This document shows positions 15,804 to 24,198 of a stretch of 54,733 bases of DNA, piece after piece. Made by a program: the position numbers and the translations under genes. Position 1 is the stretch's first letter, and the number at the start of each line of letters is the position of its first letter. The stretch covers positions 1 through 54,733 of the forward strand of contig JBBSQE010000001.1 of assembly GCA_038258095.1 (NCBI GenBank), written 5' to 3'. This DNA comes from Solirubrobacterales bacterium. GTDB lineage: Bacteria; Actinomycetota; Thermoleophilia; Solirubrobacterales; 70-9. The notes under the pieces were generated by a model, which searched no databases, was not told the DNA's origin, and saw only the letters and a program-made list of their open reading frames with translations.

Positions 15804-16949
15804 CTACCTCGGACCCAGAATCGAGTCGAGCATCGGACCCGAGTCGGGAATGCCGAACTCATTCTGGAGACGGCTCTCAATCTCTTCGCGAGACGAGCCT
15901 GCAACGGCCATCTGGGTGGCCAGAAGCCGCGCGCCGGCAGACGGCTCAGCGAGATCGGGAGAGTCCGGTGCCGGGGCGACGTCAGATCCCGGGAGGACCT
16001 GCTCGGTCTGTGGCGGCATGGTTGCCGGGGGCGGGGTCGGCGGCGTCGGAGAGGCCGGCGGGGCTGGTTCCTCCCGAAACGGAGGCTCGCCGACCTCCGG
16101 CCGGACCCACGTCGGGCGCGCAGTGGGGTCGGGTGCCGCGGGCGGCGAGACCACCGGGGGCGGTTGAGGATCCTCATCCGGCTCCTCGGGCAGGGAAAGC
16201 GGGCGGACCTCCTCTGGAGAGGGAGGCGGTGGAAACACCGGAGCCACGGGGGGAGGTGCGGGCATCGGCGGAGGCACCGAGAGATCGGCCGGTACCGGAG
16301 GTTCTGGCACCGGCGGAGCATGCGGCTCGGGTTCGGGGTAATCCGGAGGCTCCGCTACTGGAGGTTCGGGTGCTGTGGGTTCAGGTGCTGTGGGTTCAGG
16401 TGCCGGAGGTTCGGGTGCCGGAGCGTCAACTGTTGGCGGTGAGGGCTCCGCCGGTCCCTCGGGAGGTACCGGCGGAGGCCGCGGAGACGGCGGTGAATCC
16501 ACCGATTGAAGAGGTGGGACGGAGCGGAGCGGCTCGATCGGCGGCGGATCGGGCAAGGCGGCCGGCGGCCTCGGAGATGGGGGCTCAGACGCAGGGGTCT
16601 GGGCAGGAGTTGCGTCCTCCCTTAGCTGCGTGCGGGCGGAGTCGAGAGCCACGATCAGTTCATCGGACTGTGCCTTGACCGCCTCCGCTCGCTGAATCAG
16701 GGAATCCGTGAGCTCGGACACCGTGCGCGACCGATCCGCGGCCACCTGATCGGCGTGCTGGCGGGACTCGAGAACGTAGCGGCGAGCCTGTGCCTCGGCG
16801 TCCTCGATGATCCCCGCGGCAGCTCGCTCAGCCGCCTCGATGATCACTTGGATCCGGTCCGACGCCGTCGTAACCGTCCCGCTGAACCGCGGAGTCGAGG
16901 AGTCGCCGGGACCGCCGGGGCCGCCAGTTGTCGTGGGCTGGTCGTTCAA
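15804..16949 (-). CDS. Proline-rich protein with N-terminal coiled-coil and short conserved-looking C-terminal helical module
   Basis: 381 aa, TTG start. N-terminus IIEAAERAAAGIIEDAEAQARRYVLESRQHADQV resembles DivIVA or ATPase-E/b-like coils. The middle ~200 aa is P-rich (PAPEP repeats). C-terminus is ARLLATQMAVAGSSREEIESRLQNEFGIP. Confidence 0.55.
   Translation of the reverse strand: MNDQPTTTGGPGGPGDSSTPRFSGTVTTASDRIQVIIEAAERAAAGIIEDAEAQARRYVLESRQHADQVAADRSRTVSELTDSLIQRAEAVKAQSDELIVALDSARTQLREDATPAQTPASEPPSPRPPAALPDPPPIEPLRSVPPLQSVDSPPSPRPPPVPPEGPAEPSPPTVDAPAPEPPAPEPTAPEPTAPEPPVAEPPDYPEPEPHAPPVPEPPVPADLSVPPPMPAPPPVAPVFPPPPSPEEVRPLSLPEEPDEDPQPPPVVSPPAAPDPTARPTWVRPEVGEPPFREEPAPPASPTPPTPPPATMPPQTEQVLPGSDVAPAPDSPDLAEPSAGARLLATQMAVAGSSREEIESRLQNEFGIPDSGPMLDSILGPR
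16363..16422 (-). repeat. 4 x 15-bp in-frame tandem repeat encoding (P/T)APEP units
   Basis: ggttcgggtgctgtg / ggttcaggtgctgtg / ggttcaggtgccgga / ggttcgggtgccgga, read directly from the sequence. Confidence 0.9.
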
Positions 16950-17014
16950 GTGATGTTCAAGGTCGGGTCGGCTCTAGGTTCGCCATCGCAGGCAACCCCC
17001 CTCCCCACTGGATT

Positions 17015-17563
17015 CTACGCCGCTTCGCCGAGCAGGCGATGCCACCAGCGCCGGCGCTGGACGGCCTCGCCGGCGATGGGCTCGGCGGACCCCTGCGGAT
17101 GCCCGAAGACCACCGGCTGCGGATCGCCTGGGGCGACGGCGATCCGTTGCCGATCCTGCACGATCTTCCGGATCGCGGCGACCTCATCGTCGTCCGTCGG
17201 AGCATCTGCCAGCGGGGGACCATCTGCTCCGATCTGCGCCAATGCGAAGTCGGCGCCATCGAGGTCATCGAGAAGCGCCTCGAAACGCAGAGCGAGACCG
17301 GTGGCCCTGTCGAGAAGCTCCGATCTCAGGCCATGCAACTCAAGCCGACGATGGGCGACGGCCTGGTCGGATTGGTGGCGGATCACTGAACTTGCAATCT
17401 CGACGTCAGCCTTTGCCTTGGCGGTGATCTCGGCCACCAGAACCTCGGTCGCCTTCATCACGCGATCGAGCTCATCGCCACCGATGGCCGCCAGGACAGG
17501 GTCGCCGACGACCCGCGCAAACAACGGATCGAGAGCGCCTGCGCCCTGGTTATTCGGATCCAT
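17015..17563 (-). CDS. Hypothetical coiled-coil protein with basic/aromatic C-terminal tail
   Basis: ORF trimmed to the ATG at 17561-17563 (MDPNNQG...). Helical heptad-like stretch EVLVAEITAKAKADVEIASSVIRHQSDQAV. Ends QRRRWWHRLLGEAA. Confidence 0.5.
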   Translation of the reverse strand: MDPNNQGAGALDPLFARVVGDPVLAAIGGDELDRVMKATEVLVAEITAKAKADVEIASSVIRHQSDQAVAHRRLELHGLRSELLDRATGLALRFEALLDDLDGADFALAQIGADGPPLADAPTDDDEVAAIRKIVQDRQRIAVAPGDPQPVVFGHPQGSAEPIAGEAVQRRRWWHRLLGEAA

Positions 17564-17607
17564 GTACTCAGCATTCTTCTGATGGCATCGGTCGGAATCA
17601 GCTGATC

Positions 17608-18051
17608 GTGGGCTACGGTTCGCTGATGGAGCTCCGGTCGGGCAAACCACCCATGCTCGGCAGCCTCAGCCGCTTTCTGATCGAACACGAGCCCCACGGC
17701 GCAGGATTCGATGTCGCCCACCCCGCAGGTGCGGGTGGAGGACGGGTAGCCATTGCATGCCGGGGTTGCGGCGCCACCCACGAGTATCTGAACGCGACCG
17801 TCGGTTTCGAGCACGATGACCCGTACGCGTCGAGGCGCTCAGACGTCCCGCCCCAGATCGAGAAGGCCCCCGAGCCCCAGCCTTCCGCCGCGTCCCCGGA
17901 AGCGAAACCGAAGCGGCGCCAACCGCCGACGGGGGGCACCACCGCCCCACTATCCGCGGCTTCACCATCTGAGCGCAAGGGGGATTCTCCCGCCTCGGTG
18001 CGGAACGTCCAAAGGCGAACACCTCGCGTCACTCCGGCGACGCACGGATGA
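17608..18051 (+). CDS. Hypothetical protein with possible Cys/His metal site and Pro-rich basic tail
   Basis: 147 aa with IACRGCGATHEY. GC3 is high in the first half. The stop overlaps the next start (ATGA at 18048-18051). Confidence 0.4.
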   Translation: MGYGSLMELRSGKPPMLGSLSRFLIEHEPHGAGFDVAHPAGAGGGRVAIACRGCGATHEYLNATVGFEHDDPYASRRSDVPPQIEKAPEPQPSAASPEAKPKRRQPPTGGTTAPLSAASPSERKGDSPASVRNVQRRTPRVTPATHG

Positions 18052-18701
18052 CCCTGAGACCGGGCGACCGGCGCAGGCCAGCTCCCTTCTGGCGTCGACG
18101 ACGATTTCAGACCGCAGCCCTCATCGTTCTCGGCGCCGTCGCGGTTTCGGTGGCAGTGGTTCGACTGACTGCTGATAGCCCCGGGTCACCCGACGCCGAG
18201 GTCGCAGCCCAAGCCCAGTCGCCAACACCCACGCGCGCACCCACCGAGCCAGCCCCGGCGCCCCCGCCGGCGGAATCGAAAGCGACCACGAGGGCCCTGC
18301 GCACGGTGACCACGGCGATGTTCAACCTCCGGGTCCCGGCGAATTGGGTGTCCCGTCCATCCTCGCAGGGCCTGACGATCGGGCCAGCGGACGCGCCCGA
18401 CGCCTCCCTGACCATCTTCTCTGCCACCGACCCGAACCTCAGCCGGCGTCAGATGATCGAAGCCAGCACCTCCTACCTGTCCACGCTGAGCTCCGGCCGG
18501 ATCAAACCGGCGCAGACCGCCCGGATCGGCGGAATGCCGGCGTTCGAGCTCGTCGCCGATGAGCCGTCGAGGAAAACGAAGCTCACAGGGGTCCTCGATG
18601 GGCCCGAGCGCTACGTGCTGATCTCGCAGGAACCCCGACCCGCCCGCACCGGGGCCAACGCTCAGCTCGACGCGGCGATCCGGAGCATCCGCTCCCGCTG
18701 A
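18048..18701 (+). CDS. Single-pass membrane protein with PsbP/DcrB-like extracytoplasmic domain
   Basis: RRRRF-TM (TAALIVLGAVAVSVAVV), a Pro-rich linker, then FNLRVPANWV...LTIFSATDP...GGMPAFELV...YVLISQE, a pattern typical of PsbP-like/DUF1795 folds. Confidence 0.5.
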   Translation: MTLRPGDRRRPAPFWRRRRFQTAALIVLGAVAVSVAVVRLTADSPGSPDAEVAAQAQSPTPTRAPTEPAPAPPPAESKATTRALRTVTTAMFNLRVPANWVSRPSSQGLTIGPADAPDASLTIFSATDPNLSRRQMIEASTSYLSTLSSGRIKPAQTARIGGMPAFELVADEPSRKTKLTGVLDGPERYVLISQEPRPARTGANAQLDAAIRSIRSR

Positions 18702-18729
18702 AAGCCGCTCGCCACCGATGTGCCGGTCG

Positions 18730-19056
18730 CTACTCGGGCGTCAGCGTGAGACGGCGTAGCGCGAATCCAAGTGCCGTCAGAGCTACGGCGACCGCAAAGA
18801 GTGCGATGACATCGAGGCCGGTGAACGGCAGACCGCCGACGATGTTGTGCTCAAGGGGAGGTCTGTCGGCGGGCGGGGACTTCTCCTTCACGGACTGGGG
18901 GGTGTCGGAGCCGCCCGGACCTTGGCTGGCCTGGGTCACGGTATCGCCGTACTGCGCGGAAGTCGGCCCCGACTGTGCAAATGCGGAAACACTCAAGAGC
19001 AGGGTCAGAGCGATTGCCGCTGTCATGAGCCTGAGGTATCGATGAGGAGGAATCAC
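18730..19056 (-). CDS. Small secreted LPXTG-type (LPFTG) cell-wall-anchored protein
   Basis: Signal peptide MIPPHRYLRLMTAAIALTLLLSVSAFA-QS. Ser/Thr/Pro/Gly-rich ~55-aa mature part. C-terminal sorting signal: LPFTG, then hydrophobic LDVIALFAVAVALTALGFAL, then RR. GTG start at 19054-19056, alternative ATG at 19026. Confidence 0.7.
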   Translation of the reverse strand: MIPPHRYLRLMTAAIALTLLLSVSAFAQSGPTSAQYGDTVTQASQGPGGSDTPQSVKEKSPPADRPPLEHNIVGGLPFTGLDVIALFAVAVALTALGFALRRLTLTPE

Positions 19057-19095
19057 ATGCCCTGCATCGGCCGCTCCCGACGGGTACTTGAGCCA

Positions 19096-21084
19096 TCAGT
19101 TTCCAGTTGCAGGCCCGCGAGCACTCCGGAGCTGCGTCTCCAGGGCCGTGACTTCGTGACCGGTCGGGTTCAATTCACGCGCCTTGGCGAGCTCGATGCG
19201 GGCGGTAGCCGGCGCTTGATCGATGAGAGCCCGGGCCAGGTAGAGGTGGGGCGCGTATTCGTCGGGTGAACGCGCAATCGCCTGCCGGTACAGATCGATC
19301 GCTTCCCCGCGACGCCCGGACTGCTCTGCAATGACGCCTCCCACCAAGAGAGGCTCGGGGTCAAACGGATCGAACCGAGCGGCGAGCTCGAGATCGCTGA
19401 CCGCCTTGACAGGGTCTGTACCTCGCGCCCCGAGTGCCCTGCCGACCAGACGCTCCCCGATGAGAAGAACGCCGAAGGCGGCGATTGCCGCGACCCCGAT
19501 CCCGGCCAGCATCTTCCTCTTGGCCGGACCCCATCTCGCTGCGGGATCGAGGACTGCCGGAGCGGCCGCGGCGCCGAACAGATAAAGCGCGGGGCCGGCC
19601 AATCCCGGATAGTGCCAGAGCCAGTCGTATGAGCCCTGGACGAGCCATTCGGTTGCACCACCCAATGAGCCCGCACAGAGCGCTGCTGCGTTCGGGCCCA
19701 GACGGCGTGAGCGGCCAGCCGCCAGAAATGAGCCCCCTATGAGCGTCGCGAAGAGGAGCAGACCCGGGACTCCCAGCTCCGAGAGCATCAGAAGCTCGAT
19801 GCTGTGGGGGTCCCGAGGCGTCAGATCCGTATCGCGCTCGCGTAGGTATGTCACCTGAAAAGACCCGGTGCCCCCGCCGAGGAAAGGATGTTGAGCACCT
19901 TCCGATAAGGCGACCCGCCAAAGATCCGGCCGCTCAGTTCCGACGTTGAACCCGAATCGTGTCCGTTGGCCTTGAAAGTCGGGAGAATCGTCCTGCTTCA
20001 GCTCGGAAACCCGCTGATCGATGAAGCTGACCGGGCCCCCGTAACGGGAGAACACAGCGGCGCCTCCGACCACCACGATAATCGCCGTCGCCACAGCCAG
20101 TACCCGGGTGATCATCTGCACTCCGGAGCGACCGAGGCGGAGGCGCGATTCGACGGCCGTGATGAATCCTCCCGCCAGCACCAGCGATACGAGCGAGCTG
20201 AGCGCGACGGTGCGAGCAGCGTCGTGGATGAAGGGCAAGGCTCCCGCATCGGCCCGTCCATGCTGAAACACATCCAGCAGGGTGGGAGCGGCGGGCAAAA
20301 TCGGGAGGATGGCAAGCCCGAGGAACGTGACCACCCGGAGACGGCGCCGCGAGACGATCAGGACGACCGCGAGCGCGACGATGGCGGCCGGGAGAGAGCC
20401 CCGGCTCTGGGAGAGCAGAGCGAGCTCGAAGCTGAGTGTCGCGGACGCGAGAAAGCCTGCGCGCGCCAGCCAGTGAAACCGGCTCTCGGCAGCCAACACT
20501 ATGCAAGGCCAGGCTGTCATGAGAAAGAACGTGGCGTTCGCGTTGCGGTAACCGAGGGGAAAGCTGAGCGTTGCGTCCCTGCCGAGGACCGCCAGAGCCG
20601 AGTCGACGTTCCAGAGCTTTGAAACCGTGAAAAGCCCCACGAGGAGGCCGGCCAACCCAACCGGTAGGAGTGCAAGAAGCATCCTTCTGCCAAGGAGATT
20701 CGCTCCCCAGACGCCCAGAAAGAAGAGGACGCAATAGACCAAGACCTGTGCCGAATCCTCGAAGACGGCGCCGGGGGTGCTCGTCCAAAGGATCGAGGCA
20801 AGTGTCCAAGCAAGGAGCAGCCCCAGGGCGGCCATGGCCCACCCGGCCGGCCCTCCCAGTCGCACCCGAACCGGCGCTGAGAGGATGAGGACGATCCCAA
20901 CGGCCAGCGCACCGATCGCGCCGGGATAGAAGTCGGTTCCGAAATAGGCCCCTTGATGCCTGCCCCACCAGAGGAAGAGAACCGTTAGAGACCCTCCCAC
21001 GAGAGCAGCCGAGAGATTCGCAGCGCTGTCCGTCGGGACCCTTGACCGCACGCTCGCCACTGTAGCCAGCCCGTTCCCGGTCAT
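19096..21084 (-). CDS. Wzy_C (O-antigen ligase/polymerase-like) polytopic membrane protein fused to C-terminal TPR repeats
   Basis: Many TM segments. Wzy_C hallmarks LLSQSRGSL and RPDLWRVAL...PFLGGGTGSF...DPHSIELLMLSELGVPG. The last ~130 aa are TPR-like (AIDLYRQAIARSPDEYAPHLYLARALI...). The ORF extends to 21189, but that would overlap the divergent gene, so the ATG at 21082-21084 is preferred. Confidence 0.75.
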   Translation of the reverse strand: MTGNGLATVASVRSRVPTDSAANLSAALVGGSLTVLFLWWGRHQGAYFGTDFYPGAIGALAVGIVLILSAPVRVRLGGPAGWAMAALGLLLAWTLASILWTSTPGAVFEDSAQVLVYCVLFFLGVWGANLLGRRMLLALLPVGLAGLLVGLFTVSKLWNVDSALAVLGRDATLSFPLGYRNANATFFLMTAWPCIVLAAESRFHWLARAGFLASATLSFELALLSQSRGSLPAAIVALAVVLIVSRRRLRVVTFLGLAILPILPAAPTLLDVFQHGRADAGALPFIHDAARTVALSSLVSLVLAGGFITAVESRLRLGRSGVQMITRVLAVATAIIVVVGGAAVFSRYGGPVSFIDQRVSELKQDDSPDFQGQRTRFGFNVGTERPDLWRVALSEGAQHPFLGGGTGSFQVTYLRERDTDLTPRDPHSIELLMLSELGVPGLLLFATLIGGSFLAAGRSRRLGPNAAALCAGSLGGATEWLVQGSYDWLWHYPGLAGPALYLFGAAAAPAVLDPAARWGPAKRKMLAGIGVAAIAAFGVLLIGERLVGRALGARGTDPVKAVSDLELAARFDPFDPEPLLVGGVIAEQSGRRGEAIDLYRQAIARSPDEYAPHLYLARALIDQAPATARIELAKARELNPTGHEVTALETQLRSARGPATGN

Positions 21085-21175
21085 CGCGATTCGTCCGCCG
21101 GGGAGTTCGGGGGGACCCGCTGTCACTATAGGTGTCACAAGGACGCGCCGCCAGAGCGGCGAAGGATCACTCAGC

Positions 21176-22768
21176 GTGGAATCAGCCAACCAATTGACAG
21201 CAAACGAGGGCGACTGGCTCGAGCCTCCTGCCGAGCGACAGGGGCTGGCGCGCTACATCGAAACCATCCGCGAGCGATGGTGGCTGATCGCCCTCTGCGT
21301 CTTCCTCACCACCGCCGTGGCGGTCCTCTACGTCGCCACCGCGACGAAGCGCTATGAGGCCGAGGCCGACCTCCTGATCACCCCAGCCAGCAGCAACGAC
21401 ATCACCCTGACCAGCCTGGGACTCATTCGCGACTCCACCGATCCCAATCAGGCGGTTCAAACCGCGGCGAGACTGGTCACGAACGTCGAGGTCGCACAGA
21501 TCGCCAAGACCGCGTTGAACTCGCCCGACAGCCCCGAGACCCTGCTCGATCAGGTTACGGCCGTACCCGTTGCCCAGAGCAACATCGTGGCGATCACGGG
21601 CAACGCAACCAGTCCGACCGAAGCCCGCGATATAGCCAACGCTTTCGCTAATTCGATAGTGCAGGAACGGACCCAGGAGATGCATCGTCAGATCAACGCC
21701 AGGCTTCCTCCGCTCCAGGCCCAGTTGGCACAGGACCCCGCGCAGGCCGTCGGGCCGGACACACTCGGCTCCGTCATCACCGAACTTCAGACCCTGCAGC
21801 AGGCACCCGACCCGACCGTCCGGGTGCAGACCGTGGCCGTCTCGCCGAGCTCCCCAGCGTCTCCGAAGCCGGTGCTCAGCGTGATCGCCGGGCTCGTCGC
21901 CGGGCTCGCCCTGGGCATCGGAGCGGCCTTCGCGACACAGGGGCTCGACCCGAAACTGCGCCGCGAGACACAGCTTCGCCGGCTGTATCGACTTCCGATC
22001 CTGGCCCGCGTACCGCGAGAGAGCGGCGCCAACCATGGCTTGCCGCTGGATCCCCGCAACATGTCCCCGGTGACTTTGGAGGCCTACCGAACGTTGCGTG
22101 GCACGTTCGCCGCGGCACATGCACGCGATTCGACCGGTCGCGTGATCCTGGTCACCGGAGCCTCGCCGTCGGAGGGCAAGACGACCACCGCGGTCAATCT
22201 CGCGACATCTCTGGCGCTCTCCGGCAACCGGGTCATCCTGATCGAGGCCGACCTCCGCCGTCCATCGCTGGGTCAGCTGTTGGAAGCCGCGCCGAGTGTC
22301 GGGGGAGTCGTGAGCGTTCTGATCGAGAATATTGCTCTCGAAGATGCCCTCGTGACGACTCGCTACGGGCCCAACCTCCAGGTTCTGCTTGCGGACTACG
22401 AGGGCGGATGGATCGCAGAGCTCTTTTCCATCCCGGCGGCGACGGAGATGGTCAGCGAGGCCAGGAGGATGGCTGACTACGTGATCATCGATTCAGCCCC
22501 TCTGAACGAGGTCATCGATGCCATGCCCCTTGCCAGAGAGGCGGACGACATCTTGATGGTGGTTCGCCTGGGCCAGTCCCGCCTCGACAAGATCACCCAA
22601 CTCGGCGAGCTCCTCGCAGAGAACGGGGTCCGGCCCACCGGATTCGCCGTTGTCGGCACGCCGCGACCCAAGCGGGGCGAGTACCACTATTACGAGTCCC
22701 CCAACGACAACGGCGGCCGGCGCAAGCGCGGCCGGCGGTTGCTGAGCGGAACATCCAGCCGGGAATGA
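21176..22768 (+). CDS. Polysaccharide co-polymerase (Wzz domain) fused to BY-type tyrosine autokinase
   Basis: N-terminal TM plus chain-length-determinant region and a second TM. Walker A GASPSEGKTT, Walker A' ILIEADLRRP, Walker B VIIDSAP, C-terminal Tyr cluster EYHYYE. GTG start with GAAGGA 9 nt upstream. Confidence 0.85.
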   Translation: MESANQLTANEGDWLEPPAERQGLARYIETIRERWWLIALCVFLTTAVAVLYVATATKRYEAEADLLITPASSNDITLTSLGLIRDSTDPNQAVQTAARLVTNVEVAQIAKTALNSPDSPETLLDQVTAVPVAQSNIVAITGNATSPTEARDIANAFANSIVQERTQEMHRQINARLPPLQAQLAQDPAQAVGPDTLGSVITELQTLQQAPDPTVRVQTVAVSPSSPASPKPVLSVIAGLVAGLALGIGAAFATQGLDPKLRRETQLRRLYRLPILARVPRESGANHGLPLDPRNMSPVTLEAYRTLRGTFAAAHARDSTGRVILVTGASPSEGKTTTAVNLATSLALSGNRVILIEADLRRPSLGQLLEAAPSVGGVVSVLIENIALEDALVTTRYGPNLQVLLADYEGGWIAELFSIPAATEMVSEARRMADYVIIDSAPLNEVIDAMPLAREADDILMVVRLGQSRLDKITQLGELLAENGVRPTGFAVVGTPRPKRGEYHYYESPNDNGGRRKRGRRLLSGTSSRE

Positions 22769-22799
22769 GCGCTCCTCGGTCGGCACCGGGTCGAGCTAC

Positions 22800-24179
22800 A
22801 TGACCGCGACGCGCTTCGGTGGGCACGTCCTTTGGCCGGTGCCCGTCGCGGGCCTCTGTGGACTGATCGGACTCCTGGCCGGGTACCGACCCGCCTTCGC
22901 CATCGCCGCGGCACTTGGCCTGCTGTTCGTTCTGGTGATACTCACGGACCTCACGGCCGGCCTGACGGCGTTCGTCTTTCTGACCTTCATCGCCCTCGTT
23001 CCGATCGGGGCCGGCCCGGCGGTGAGTCTCCTGAAGGCCGCCGGACTGCTCTTGGCTTTCTCCTGGCTCTCGACCATCGTCAGGGATGGCAGCGAAGAGG
23101 CGGACTTCCTCCGCTCTTTCCCGGCCCTCGGCTATGCAGTGGCGTTCTTCATCGTCTGGACGGCACTGAGCCTTCTCTGGGCCCAGGATTCGGGCGTCGC
23201 ACTGACGGCCTTGTCCCGCTACGCGCTGAACGCCGTTCTATTCCTCATCGTCTTCACGGCCGTCCGCACGGAGCGCGATGTCATCTACGTGATGTGCGCC
23301 TTCGTCGCCGGATCGACGGTCTCCGCCCTCTACGGCTTGGCCCAACCTCCGGATCCGAATAGCCTCGACCGGTTGTCGGGCACCCTCGGAAACGCCAACG
23401 AGCTGGCAGCCGTACTGGTCGTCGGAAGCGTTCTCGGATTCGGTCTTGCCGCGATCACCCGACGCTCCCCCGGGCTTCGGTTGGCCGCTGCCAGCGGCGC
23501 CATGATCTGTGTGCTCGGCGTGATGCTCACCCTCTCCCGAACGGGCTTGGTGGCGATGGGCGTGGCCGGGCTCACCGCCGTCGTTGTCGGGGGCCGGTGG
23601 CGTCCTCAGATTGCGGTGATCGCACTCGTAGTAGCGCTCTTCGCGGCCGGGTACTTCTCTCTGGTCGCCTCACCGGCCGCCCGGGACCGGGTGTCACACC
23701 CCGATACCGGGACGGGCCGGGTTGATCTCTGGAAGATCGGAAAGCGGATGATCGCGGACAAGCCCGTGCTCGGCGTCGGGGTGGCCAATTTTCCCGTCAC
23801 CTCGGTGAACTACCTGCTCGAGCCGGGCACGATCGAGCGCACGGACTTCATTCTTGACACGCCGAAGGTGGCCCACAACACCTACCTGGAGATATTCGCC
23901 GAGCTCGGGGCCCCTGGATTCATCGCCTTCCTCGCGATCATCGGTGGGTGCATCGGATGCGCGTGGAAGGCGGCGAAGCGCTTCATGCTCGACGACAGAC
24001 TCAGGCTGGAAATACTCACCAGAACCCTGTTGGTCGCGCTCGCGGGTCTCTTCGCAGCAGATTTCTTCGAATCCGAGCAGGTCCAGAAGCCACTGTGGCT
24101 TCTGCTCGCCATGTGCCCGGCGTTGCTTGCAATCGCACGCTCCGGGCCCGGAGCGGACCAACAAGTGGACGCCGGCTGA
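22800..24179 (+). CDS. Wzy_C-domain membrane protein (putative glycan polymerase)
   Basis: 459 aa, about 10-12 hydrophobic segments. Contains LTLSRTGLV, GRVDLWKIG...PVLGVGVANF and VAHNTYLEIFAELGAPGF. Confidence 0.78.
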   Translation: MTATRFGGHVLWPVPVAGLCGLIGLLAGYRPAFAIAAALGLLFVLVILTDLTAGLTAFVFLTFIALVPIGAGPAVSLLKAAGLLLAFSWLSTIVRDGSEEADFLRSFPALGYAVAFFIVWTALSLLWAQDSGVALTALSRYALNAVLFLIVFTAVRTERDVIYVMCAFVAGSTVSALYGLAQPPDPNSLDRLSGTLGNANELAAVLVVGSVLGFGLAAITRRSPGLRLAAASGAMICVLGVMLTLSRTGLVAMGVAGLTAVVVGGRWRPQIAVIALVVALFAAGYFSLVASPAARDRVSHPDTGTGRVDLWKIGKRMIADKPVLGVGVANFPVTSVNYLLEPGTIERTDFILDTPKVAHNTYLEIFAELGAPGFIAFLAIIGGCIGCAWKAAKRFMLDDRLRLEILTRTLLVALAGLFAADFFESEQVQKPLWLLLAMCPALLAIARSGPGADQQVDAG

Positions 24180-24198
24180 TCAGCGACGGAGCAATGCC

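Noticed and set aside
15352-16430. Short tandem repeats considered as a possible CRISPR or intergenic repeat array.
   Set aside because: The units are 15-21 bp, contiguous without spacers, in frame and inside ORFs. They encode low-complexity Thr/Pro, Pro or Gly tracts. No cas genes are present.
15253-16678. Alternative-frame ORFs across the low-complexity region (15253..16167, 15422..16678, 15539..16321, 15780..16442).
   Set aside because: All overlap the two minus-strand genes, which have sensible starts, an SD, a TM segment and coiled-coil domains. The alternatives translate to Arg/Gly-rich nonsense.
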